Of a DNA stretch of 64,000 nt, positions 26,758 through 37,870 are shown piece by piece. Where the stretch lies: assembly GCF_963921235.1 (NCBI RefSeq), contig NC_086108.1:96350001-96414000 (forward strand), in the 5' to 3' direction. A model generated the notes under the pieces. That model was not told the DNA's origin. It was given only the letters and a program-made list of their open reading frames with translations, and did not search any database. The position numbers and the translations under genes were made by a program. Numbering within the stretch: the first letter of the stretch is position 1; the number at the start of each line of letters is the position of its first letter. The DNA is from Mobula hypostoma. Taxonomy: Eukaryota.

Positions 26758-27030
26758 AACTCTGCCATGGACGCTCCCAAACTCGGCTGCGAAAGGTGGA
26801 GGGTTTGGTTCGGGGCTATTTACCGTTTCTCATAAAATTTCCCGAGCAGAAATACCAACAGAAGCCCTGAAGATCTCATCCCTGGGAGAGGGAGCATCCT
26901 CGCCTAGAAGACATAAGAATGGCCGTACTTGGTGACAATCTGAAAAACCAGACCAGGACAGAGATTTCCGGCGAGCTGCTGTCGGCAGCCTGTGCGCCAG
27001 TACGGGTGATGGGCTTAAGAAGAACAAGAG
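26758..27030 (+). mobile_element. Short non-autonomous RTE-derived element with twister-like 5' end
   Basis: ATCTGA on both flanks (26752-26757, 27035-27040). RTE 5' stem-loop motif ggagggtttggttcggggcta..cataaaa. RTE 3' end and (AAG)n tail. Homologous to 10102-10345. Confidence 0.7.
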
Positions 27031-27665
27031 TCAGATCTGAGTGCAACGGTTTCCTTTTGAGAGTTTGGAAGGAAATAAGGGCTGACACTTCAGAGCCACT
27101 GTATAGAATTCAGATACACTTTAGCCGAACAGCAGCATGAGTTAGGATTTTCAAATTTAGTGCAGCAAACAGAGTATGATAAACACAAGAGATTCTGCAG
27201 ATACTGGACTTCACATTTCCATTTTGTCATGTTCTATTGTGAAAATGACGAGCAACATCTCAAAATCCATTGGGGTAGTCTCTAACCTGATGGCATGAAC
27301 ATCACTCTTTTCTATCTTCTGGTGATTACTACCCCCTCCCCCTTCTCTCTTTTGCAATTACCCCTTCTGGCTCCCCTCCTACCCCTTCTCTTCTTGTCAC
27401 CTGCCCATCATCTCTGTCTGGTTCCCTTCCTCCTTCCCTTTCTCCTACGGTCCACTACTTCTCCTATCAGATTCCTTCTTCTTCAGCCTTTTACCTCTTC
27501 CACCTATCAGCTCCCAGTTTTTCATTTCATCACTCTCTCCCACCCTCCTACCTTCCCCCTCACCTGGTCTCACTTGTCACTTGTACTCCCTGGCTCCCCC
27601 CCACCCCACCACCACCTTGTTCTTCTGGCTTCTCCCCTCTTCTAGGTCCAGAGATCCCTCTAAAT

Positions 27666-27706
27666 CAGGGGTTCCCAACATTTTTATGTCATGGACTCAA
27701 CCCCTG
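27666..27706. mobile_element. Minimal hAT/Charlie-type MITE remnant
   Basis: CAGGGGTT...AACCCCTG termini. Deleted version of 37358-37429. Confidence 0.55.
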
Positions 27707-30510
27707 ATTTAGAGTAACCTTTGAAGAGATGGCCACATATTGTTCAAAAATCTTATATTTCTACAGGGCCTTTCATAGGTCTATTGGCACAACTCTTTAT
27801 AACCAATTGACAACTTTGGAAGTGTAATCCTTGCAATATTCTGCATGGAAAGAATTTGAATGCAGAGAGTTCCTATAAAGAGATTAGCTTTATTTCTCAC
27901 ATGTACATTGGAACTTTAAAACGTACAGTTGAATGTGTCGTTTGTGTCAAATGAAAGCATCGAGGATTGTGCTGGGGTCAGCCTGCAGGTGTCACCGTGC
28001 TTCTGACGTCAACATTGCTGGCCCACAACCTACTAACCCTTACATTTATGTCTTTGGAATGTGGGAGGAAATTCATGCAGTCTGGGGAAGAACATACAAA
28101 CTTCTTACAGACAGTGGCGGGAATTAAACCCCGATCGCTGATCACTGGTACTGTAAAGCATTTCCATAATCTAGTTCAGGCTTTGCCGAACAGAGGTGAA
28201 GACTGGAGATAGATTTTTAAAATTTTCCTTTCCTTTCTTTCTTTCCTTATTGCACAGTTAGAGAAATGAGGATGCCAGAAAGGATAAAGGAATGCTCCTC
28301 TTGTGGGATGTGGGAAGGCAGGGAGATTTCCAGTGTCCCTGACGACTACACCTGCAAGAATTGCATCTTTCAGACCAGGTCTGGTCCGCGAGTTGCGACT
28401 CCAAATTGGAGAAAGGCCAATTTTGACGATATCTGAGATGATCTGCCAAGTTTGGATTGGGACAGGCTGTTTTCTGGCAAAGGTATACTTGGAAAGGGGA
28501 AGGGCTTCAAAAATGAAATTTTGAGAGTACAAAGCTTGTTTGAGCCTCTCAGAATAAAAGGTAACGATAACAAGTGTGAGGAAGACTAGCATCAGCTAGA
28601 AAAATGGAAAACAGAATTTAATGCAGACAAGTATGAGGTTTTGCACTTTGGTAAGACCAACCAGTGTAGGTATTACAAAGTGAATGGTAAGGCATTGAAA
28701 AGTGTGGTAGAACAAAGGGATCTGGGAATACAGGTCCATAATTCATTGAAAGTGGCGTCACAGGTAGATGGGGTCATAAAGAGGGCTTTTGGCACATTGT
28801 CCCGTACAAGAGATGGGATGTTATGCTGAAGTTGTATAAGTCATTGTTGATGCCTAATTTGGAGTATTATATGCAGTATTGTCATCTACGGGAAAGATGT
28901 AAATAAGGGCGAAGGAGTACAGAGAAAGTTCACAAGGATGTTGCCAGGTCTGGAGGACCTGAGTTATAACAGAAGATTGAATAGGTTAGGACAATATTTG
29001 TTAGAATGTAGAAGATTGAGAGGGGATTTGATAGAGGTATATAAAATTATCAGGGGTATTGATAGGATAAATGCAAGAAGGCTTTCTCTACTGAGGCTGG
29101 GTGGGACTACAACCAGAGGTCATGGCTTAAGGGTGAGAGGTGAGGTTTAAGGGGAACACAAGGGGAAACTTCTTCACTCAGAGGGTTGTGAGAGTGTGGA
29201 ATGAGCTGTCTGCATAAGTGGTGCATGCGAGCTCGATTTCAGTGTTTAAGAGAAGTTTGGATAGGTACGTGGATAGTAGGGGTCTGGAGGGCTATTGACC
29301 CGGTGCAGATTGATGGGAGTAGTCAGTTTTAATGGTTTTAGCATGGACTAAACCACCCTGTTTGTACTTTTCTCTGACTCTAGGACTCTGTGACCATGTT
29401 ACGGAATTGGAGCTGGAGCTGGATGTAGTCCAGATCATTCTGTAGGCTGAGGGGTTGATCAAAGGACATACAGGCAAGATGCAGGACACAGGTGACGGGG
29501 TGACTGTCAGGAGGGGAAATGGAGATAGGCAGTCAGTGCAGAGTACCCCTGTGGCTGCTCCCCTCAACACCAAGTATACTGTTTTGGATACTAATTGGGG
29601 GGAGGTCGGGTGGATGTGACACAGCGGTCAGGTCACTGGCACTGAGTCTGGCTCTGTGGTTCAGAAGAAAAAAGGGGAGAAGAGGAGAACTGTAGTGATA
29701 GGGGTTTTGTTGGTTGGAGAAAGGAGGCTCTGTTCACGAGAACAAGATTCCTTGATGGTTTGTTGCCTTCCGGTGCCAGGGTCAGAGACATCTCGGATCA
29801 AGTCCACAGCATTCTTAAGTAGGAGGGTGAGCAGCCAGAGGTTGTGGTCCATGCTGGTACCAATGACATAGGTAGAAAGGATAGTGGGGTCCTGCATAGT
29901 GAGTTCAGGGAGCTAGGTGCTAAGTTAAAGGACAGGACCTCCAGGATCGTGATCTCACGACAGCTACCCGTGCCACGTGCTAGTGAGGCCAGAAGCAGGA
30001 AGATCAGACAGTTTAACACATGGCTAAAGAGTTGATGTAGGAGGGAGGGCTTCAGACTCTTGGATCACTGGGCTTACTTCTGGTGAAGATAGGACCTGTA
30101 CGGAGGAACAGTTTGCACCTGAACTGGAGGGGGACTAATATCCTAGCGAGAAGGTTTGCTAGTGCTGCCGGTGAGGTGGGCTGGGGAGGAGTTAAAACTA
30201 GAATTGCAGGGGATGGGAACCAGAACGCTGGAGCAGATTGTGGAGTGGTTGTGGAGAAAGATGCTGTTATGCCTACCTATGAAGTCAGGAATCAAAAGAT
30301 TGAGAATATTCTGAGGTTTGTATATTTCATTGCACGGAGTACTGTAGGAAAGATGGAGGCGTTTAGGGCTTGGATCAGCACATGGAATTATTGTAACATT
30401 AGTGAGATGTTGCAGCGGGGGGGGCAGGACGGGCAGCTCAATGCTCCAAGGTTCCATTGTTTTAAAGACAGAGTGGGAGGGATTAAAAGGGGAGGGTAGC
30501 ATTACTAGTC

Positions 30511-31648
30511 CATAAGACCATAATACCATAAGACATAGGAGCAGAATTAGGCCATTCAGCCCATCGAGTCTGCTCCATCATTCCATCATGGCTGATCCCA
30601 GATCCCTCTGAACCCCACATATCTGCCTTCTCGCCATCTCCTGTGATGCCCTGGCCGATCAGGAAAAGACTAACTTCTGCCTTAAATATACCCACGGACT
30701 TGGCCTCCACTGCAGTCTGTGGCAAAGCACTCCACAGATTTACTACTCTCTGGCTAAAAAAGTTCCTCCTTACATCTGTTCAATTTTGAGGCTGTACCCT
30801 CTAGTTCTGGATACCACTATTATAGGAAACATCCTCTCCACATCCACCATATCTAGTCCTTTCAACATTCGGTAGGTTTCAATGAGATCCTCCCGCATTC
30901 TTTTAAATTCCAGTAAGTCTAGGCCCAAAGCTGCCAAACACTCCTCATATGTTAACCCCTTCATTCCCAGAGTGAACCTCCTCTGGACTCTTTCCAATGA
31001 CAACACATCCTTTCTGAGATATGGGGCCTAAAACAATACCCCAAGTGCAGACTAACTAGTGTTTTATGAAGGCTCAGCATTATCTCCTTGCTTTTATATT
31101 CTATTCCCCTTGAAATAAATGCCATCATTGCATTTGCCTTCTTTATCACAGACTCAACCTGTAAATTAACCTTCCGGGAGTCTTGCACAAGGACTCCTAA
31201 GTCCCTCTGCACCTCTGATGTTTGAACCTTCTATCCATTTAGATAATAGTCCACACTAGTGTTCCTTTTACCAAAATGCATTATCATACATTTCCCAACA
31301 CTGTATTCTGTCAGTTTTTTGGCCATTCTTCCAATTTATCTAAGTCCAGCTGCAGACACATTGCTTCCTCAATACTACCTACCACTCCACCTATCTCTGT
31401 ATCATCCACAAACTTTGCCACAAAGCCATCAATTCCATTATCTAAATCATTGACAAACAAGGTGAAAAGTAGTGGTTCCAATACTGACCTCTAAGGATCA
31501 CCAGTAGTCACTGGCAGCCAACCAGAAAAAGCCCTTTTTATTCCCACTTGCCACCTCCTGCCTGTCAGCTATTCTGCTATCCGTACCAGTATCTTTCCTG
31601 TAACACCATAGGATCTTATCTTGTTAAGCAGCCTCATGTGTGGCACCT
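30511..31648 (-). mobile_element. 5'-truncated CR1 inserted antisense into the CR1 endonuclease region
   Basis: RT C-terminal ORFs 30770-31212 (-), tail repeats at 30511-30535, TAGTC at both junctions. Confidence 0.85.
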
Positions 31649-32458
31649 TAGTCAGGGAAAATGTCATGACTGTGCTCAGGCAGGGCAGACTGGAGAACTC
31701 GTCTGCTGAGGGAATATATGTGGAACTGAAGAATAAGAAAGGTACGACTACATTAATGGGATTATATTACAGATTACCCAATGATCCATGGGATTTAGAG
31801 GTGCAAATTTGTAGAGAGATCGTAGACTGTTGCAAGAAACATAAAGTTGTGATAGTAGGCGATTTTAACTTCCCACATTGACTGGGACTCCCATACTGTA
31901 AAAGGGCTAGTTGGAAAAGAGTCTGTCAAGTATGTTCAGGAAAGTTTCCTTAATCAGTACATAGAGGTCCCAACTGGAAAGAGTGTGATATTAGATCTCC
32001 TATTAGGGAATGAGAAAGGGCGGGTGACAGATGTTTGTGTAGGGGAACACTTTGTACTTGTGATTATAATACCATTAGTTTCAAGATAATTATGGTGAAG
32101 GATAGGTCTGATCCTTAGTTTGAGATTCTAAATTGGAGAAAGGCCAATTTTCATGGTATCTGAAAGGATCTAGCAAGTGTGCATTGGGACAGGCTGTTTT
32201 CTGGCAAAGGTGTACTTGGTAAGTGGAGGCCTTTAAAAGTGAAATTTTGAGAATACAGAGTTTGTACATTCCTATCAGAATAAAAGCAAGGGTACCAGGA
32301 TTAGGGAACCTTGGCTTTTGAGAGATATTGAGGCTCTGGTTAAGAAAAAATAGGAGGTGCACAAGAGTTATAAGCAGAAAGGAGCAAATGAGATACTTGA
32401 GGAGTATTAGAAATGCAAGAGAACACTTAAGAAGGAAATTAGGAGAGGTAAAAGAAGA

Positions 32459-32679
32459 AACAGGAGAAAATTTGCAGATGCTGGAAATCCGAGCAAAACA
32501 CACAAAATGTCAGAGGAACTCAGCAGGCCAGGCAGAATCTATGGAAAAAAGTACAGTTGACATTTTTGGCCAAGACCCTGCGGTCTTGCCGAAGGGTCTC
32601 GGCCCGAAACGTCAACAGAACTTTTTTCCATAGATGCTGCCTGGCCTGCTGAGTTCCTCCAGGATTTTGTGTATGGGGC
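32459..32679. mobile_element. Short Penelope pLTR fold-back element
   Basis: TSD TAAAAGAAGA (32449-32458, 32680-32689). Inverted pLTR arms with degenerate hammerhead motifs. Confidence 0.75.
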
Positions 32680-33356
32680 TAAAAGAAGACATGAGGTTGT
32701 TCTAGTAGACAATATGATGAAGAATTCCAAGGGCTTCTACAGATATATTAAGAGTAAAAGAATAACAAGGGACAAAATTGGCCCTTCGGAAGATTAGAGA
32801 AGTCATCTCGGTATGGAGCCAAAAGAGATGGGGAAATCTTAAATGGTTTTCTTTTTGCGTCCATATTGACTCAGACAAAAGACGCAGAGTCTTTCGAAGT
32901 GAAGCAAAGCAACAGCAAGGTCATGGACCCTATACAGATTACAGAGTACAGGTGTTTGCTGTCTTGAGGAAAATTAGTGTGGATAAACCTTCAGCACTCG
33001 ACAAGGTGTTCCCTCAGACTCTGTGGGAGGTTAATGAAGGAATTGTTGGGGCCCAAGCATAGATATTTAAAATATCCTTAGCCAAGGTAGCTAATGTTGT
33101 TCCATTGTTTAAGAAAGGCCAGGAAATTATAGGTTGGTAATATGATATTCCAATTTTCAATGCATGCATTTCTAAATGACAATAAACGAGGACTGAGTGT
33201 CTTCATAATCTAATCTAATCTAATATCAGTAGTGGGGAAGTTATTGGAATGTATTTGAAGAGACAGAATATATAAGTACTTGGATAGACAGGGACTGACT
33301 AGGAATAGTCAACATGGCTTTGTTGTGGTAGGCCATGTCTAACCAATCATTTTTTC

Positions 33357-34026
33357 AGATTATGAGGACACTCAGTCCTCGTTTATTGTCATTTAGAAAT
33401 GCATGCATTAAGAAATGATACAATGTTCCTCCAGAGTGATATCACAAAAAAAACAGGACAAACCAAAGACTAATACTGACAAGACCACATAATTATAACG
33501 TATAGTTACAGCAGTGCAAAGCAATACCATAATTTGATAAAGAGCAGATCATGGGCAGGTAAAAAAAAGTCTCAGAGTTCCAATCGACTCCCGATAGTCC
33601 CCGATAGCAGGTGGCAAAAGGGAGAAACTCTCCCTGCCATAAACCTCCAGGCGCCGACAACTGCCGATGCATTGGAAGCACCCGACCACAGCCGACTCTG
33701 AGTCCGTCCGAAAACTTTGAGCCTCCAACCAGCCCTCCGACACCGAGCACCATCCTTCTGCCGAGCGCTTCGACCCTGCCCCGGCCGCCGAGCAACAAGC
33801 AAAGCCAAGGACTCGGGGCCTTCTCCTCCGGAGATTCTGGATCACACAGTAGCAAGCAGCAGTGAAGCAGGCATTTCAGAAGTTTCTCCAGATGTTCATC
33901 CGTGCTTTCACGTCTGACTCCATCAAATCAGGATTGTGCATGGCACCCTACTTGGCAGATAACAGATATCATTTCACCGGAGTGGCCGCTGCGCGCTGCG
34001 TCGCACCGCCATCTTCTCCTCCCTCC
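33357..34026 (-). mobile_element. About 670-bp GC-rich non-autonomous retroelement (YY1-motif head, Rex1-like tail)
   Basis: Reverse complement is highly similar to 45205-45874. Starts GGAG..AAGATGGCGG. Confidence 0.75.
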
Positions 34027-35484
34027 TAAAATAGAGTTTTTAAAGAAGTTATCAAGAAGGTTGACGAAAGCAAGTATGTTGTCTACTTCAACTTTATCAC
34101 GGTCTTTGACAATGTCCTGGAGGTTGGTCAAGAAGATTTGGTGGCATGGCATTCAAGATGATGTAGTAAATTGGATTAGACATTGGCTTTGTGGGAGTAG
34201 CCAGAGAATGGTAGTAGAGAGTTGCCTCTCTGACTGGAGACCTGTGACTAGTGGTGTGTCATTGGGATTGATGCTGGGTCCATTGTTGTTTGTCATCTAT
34301 ATCAAGGATCTGGATGATAATGTGGTTAAAAGGATCAGCAAATTTGTGGATGTACGATTGGGGATGTACTGAACAGCGAGGAAGACAATCAAAGCTTCAT
34401 TGGGACCTGGACCAGGTGGAAAAATGGGCTGAAAAATGGCTGATGGAATTTAATGCAAACAAGTGTGAGATGTTGCACATTGGGAAGGCCAACCAGGGTA
34501 GGATAGGTAGGGCCCTGAGGTGTGCAGTAGAACAGAGGGATCTGGGAATGCAGACCCATAATTCCTTGGAAGTGGCATCACAGGTAGATGGGGTCATGAA
34601 GAAAGCTTGTGGCACACTGGCCTTCATAAATCAATGTACTGAGTACAGAAGATGGGATGTTATGTGGAAGTTGTAGAAGATGTTGGTGAGGTCTAATTTG
34701 GAGTGTTGTGTGCAGCTTTGGTTACCTACCCACAGGAAAGATTTAAATAAGATTGAAAGGGTGCAGAGAAAATGTACAAGGATCTTGCCAGAACTTAAGG
34801 ACCTGAGTTATTGGGAAAGGCTGAACAGGTTAGAACTTCATTCCCTAGAGTGTAGGAGATTGAGAGAAGACTTGATAGAGTAATATAAAATTATGAGGGG
34901 TATAGAAGGGTAAATGCAAGCAGGCTCGGGTGAAACTAGAACTAGAGGTCATGGGTTAAGGGTGTAAGTTGAAATATTTAAGGGCACATGGGAGGGGTCT
35001 TCTTCACTCAGAGGGTGGTGAGAATGTGGAACGAGCTGCCAGTGGAAGAGGTGCATGCAAACTCGATTTCAATGTTTATGAGGAGTTTGGGTAGGTACAT
35101 GGATGGTAGGGATATGGAGGGCTCTGGTCCTGATGTAGGTTGATGGGACTAAGCAGATAAATAGTTCAGTACAGGAGAGATGGGCCGAAGGCCCTGTTTC
35201 TGTGTTGTAGTGTTCTAAGACCCTACATTACCATGCTGTCCTTTTCCGTTATGGTGCTGCCCATGTGGGCTGAAATATCGCATGCAAAGTAAATCTGCGC
35301 CTTCTCTATGCAAATTTATGCATGTGTAACTGACATCATGAAACCCGAGTTAATGTGGCATGCACTTTTGACATTGTTCACACAAGCGGCTTGTTGTGGC
35401 TAATGACAAAGGAGAAAATGTAATGCAGAGTCTGTAGCTGTGTTATAACTGGCTGGACACTATCCAGATGTCCTGCACTGTAAG

Positions 35485-35968
35485 AGCTGCCTACACCAAT
35501 GCTACTGCACAGGATCAAAGTAAGCTGCAGAGGGTTGTAAAATTAGTCATCTCCATCTTGGGTACTGTCCTCCGTAGTATCCAGGTCATCTGCAAGGAGC
35601 GATGCCTCAGAAAGGTAGCATCCATCATCAAGGATCCCCATTACTGAGGACCCGCCCTCTTCTCACTGGTACCATCGTGAAGGAGGTCCAGGAGCCTGAA
35701 GGCACACACTCAATGATTCAGGGACATCTTCTTCCCCTCCGCCATCTGATTTCTGAATGGATATTCAATCCATGAACACTGTCTCACTACTTTTTATTTC
35801 AGTTTTGCACTACTTATTTAATTGAACTATTTAATATACATATATACACTTACTGTAATTCACAGTTTTTTCTCTATTAGTATGCATTGCGTTGTACTGC
35901 TGCCACAAAGTTAACAAATATCGTGACATATGCCGATGATATTAAACCTGATTCTGATTCTGATTCTG
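35485..35968 (+). mobile_element. Rex1/Babar 3' fragment
   Basis: ASIIKDP-type motif and (GATTCT)n tail. Confidence 0.75.
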
Positions 35969-36002
35969 AACTACTTCAGTTGGACGGCTATAAATGCATC
36001 AA

Positions 36003-36618
36003 ACATGAGGAATTCTGCAGGTGTTGGGAATTCAAGCAACACACATCAAAGTTGCTGGTGAACGCAGCAGGCCAGGCAGCATCTCTATGAAGAGGTGCAG
36101 TCGACGTTTCAGGCCGAGACCCTTCGTCAGGACTAACTGAAAGAAGAGCTAGTAAGAGATTTGAAAGTGGGAGGGGGAATGGGAGATCCGAAATGATAGG
36201 AGAAGACAGGAGGAGGAGGGATGGAGCCAAGAGCTGGACAGGTGATTGGCAAAAGGGATATGAGAGGATCATGGGACAGGAGGTCCGGGGAGAAGGAAAA
36301 GGGGGAGGGGGGGAAAAACCCAGAGGATGGGCAAGGGGTATAGTCAGAGGGACAGAGGGAGAAAAAGGAGAGAGAGAGAAAGAATGTGTGTATATAAATA
36401 AATAACGGATGAGGTACGAGGGGGAGGTGGGGCATTAGCGGAAGTTAGAGAAGCCAATGTTCATGCCATCAGGTTGGAGGCTACCCAGACAGAATATCTC
36501 TTACTAGCTCTTCCTTCAATTAATCCTGATGAAGGGTCTCGGCCCGAAACATCGACTGTACCTCTTCCTACAGATGCTGCCTGGCCTGCTGCGTTCACCA
36601 GCAACTTTGATGTGTGTT
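36003..36618. mobile_element. Young non-autonomous Penelope fold-back insertion
   Basis: Direct repeat GCTATAAATGCATCAA (35987-36002, 36619-36634). Inverted pLTR arms. Same subfamily as 62237-63883. Confidence 0.88.
36098..36135 (-). ncRNA. Minimal type I hammerhead ribozyme motif (Penelope pLTR)
   Basis: Minus strand: uAGUC-CUGACGA-AGGgucucggCCU-GAAAC-GUC^GACUg. Both core boxes intact; palindromic ACGU stem III. Confidence 0.75.
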
Positions 36619-37357
36619 GCTATAAATGCATCAATGTTGCTGCACACCAACAGGGCCCTCTCTGACCTGGCATCAGAAACACTCCACAAACTTTCTGATC
36701 CACCACACTCATTGTATGAAAGATCTGACTCGGGTTATTCTTAAAATCTTCACAAATGGAACTCTTTACAACACTTAGGAATTGTTGAGACTGGGATAAT
36801 TCTGTTAAACATTACCCAAATATAGTCTCAGAAATGCTCAATTTAGATGTCTGCCTTTACCAGATAGAGACACTGTTAAGTATTCTCTTGAGATTTTTAA
36901 TATGATTTTGTGAGTGCTTTTTTAAACAATGATTAAGTGAGCACCATATTGCATAGAATGCACAGTTTCATGAAGCAATAAATGAAATGAAAATAATTGG
37001 TAAAAATTGTAATGGTTTTCAGCAGAAATAGGGTAGATAATGGTAATTGGGTGGTGAAATGGAGACACGTCTCTACCAAAGGAAGTCGAAGGTGCTCCTT
37101 TCCTCCTCTAGCCTGCAGAGCACCTTTGGGCAGGGTGTAGCCCCTGCTTAGCCCCTCGATCAGGGTCACATGAAACCACGGGTGCAGGTGGTGCGTATCA
37201 CAAGTCCTGGTTATGGGACCACTGATGCCAGGCAGACATTCTCTGAAGAGTATTGATAATGGCTGGGGTCATCTATTTTGTAAAGACACTGCCCAGAAGA
37301 AGGCAATGGCAAACCACTTCTGCAGAAAAATTTGCCAAGAACAATCATGGTCATGGA

Positions 37358-37429
37358 CAGGGTTTACAACCTTTTTTATGCCATGGACCATTAAGCAAGG
37401 GGTCCGTGGACTCAGGTTGGGAACCCCTG
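37358..37429. mobile_element. 72-bp hAT/Charlie-type MITE
   Basis: TIRs CAGGGTTTACAACCT / AGGTTGGGAACCCCTG. Degenerate 8-bp flanks gtcatgga/gtatagga. Confidence 0.6.
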
Positions 37430-37604
37430 GTATAGGAATTGATCTGAGCAGAGATGAAGATTAACTTTATTTGTCACATGTACATGAAACACTGAAATGA
37501 GTTGTCTTACATCAAATCAAGTCAGCGAGGATTGTGCTGGGGGGCAACCCACAAGTATCACCACACTTCCGGTGCCAACAAAGATGCCCGCGAGTCACTA
37601 ATTT

Positions 37605-37870
37605 GGTCGGCTGGTGGCGCAGTGAGATCAGCGCTGGGCTCGAGAACGGAGGTTCCCGAGTTTGATCCAGTGACAGACCGCCCCTGTGCGCGCTGTCCAT
37701 CCGTGCCGGGTTGACGTCCAGCTCGCAACTCAGCCTCGTAAAATAATACTGCGAAATGTCTGTGTGAGGAGTGGTGCCCCACACAGCTTTTCGAACTGCG
37801 CCTTGTAAGGCATGAAAATGCCCAACGCTGGCCTCTCAGGTCTGAGTCATCGCCATCATCATTATCATCA
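37605..37870 (+). mobile_element. tRNA-derived SINE with (CAT)n tail, nested in a V-SINE
   Basis: TSD CACTAATT. A box TGGCGCAGTG, B-box-like GTTTGATCC. Body homologous to 19523-19750. Confidence 0.75.

Larger units (their letters stand above)
28255..35225 (+). mobile_element. Full-span degenerate CR1 broken by five nested insertions
   Basis: Collinear ORF1 Zn finger (28255-28367), esterase (29390-30170; VHAGTNDIG, LHLNWRGTNIL), APE (30310-30510, 31650-32100; VGDFNFPH), RT and 3'UTR to about 35225. Confidence 0.85.
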
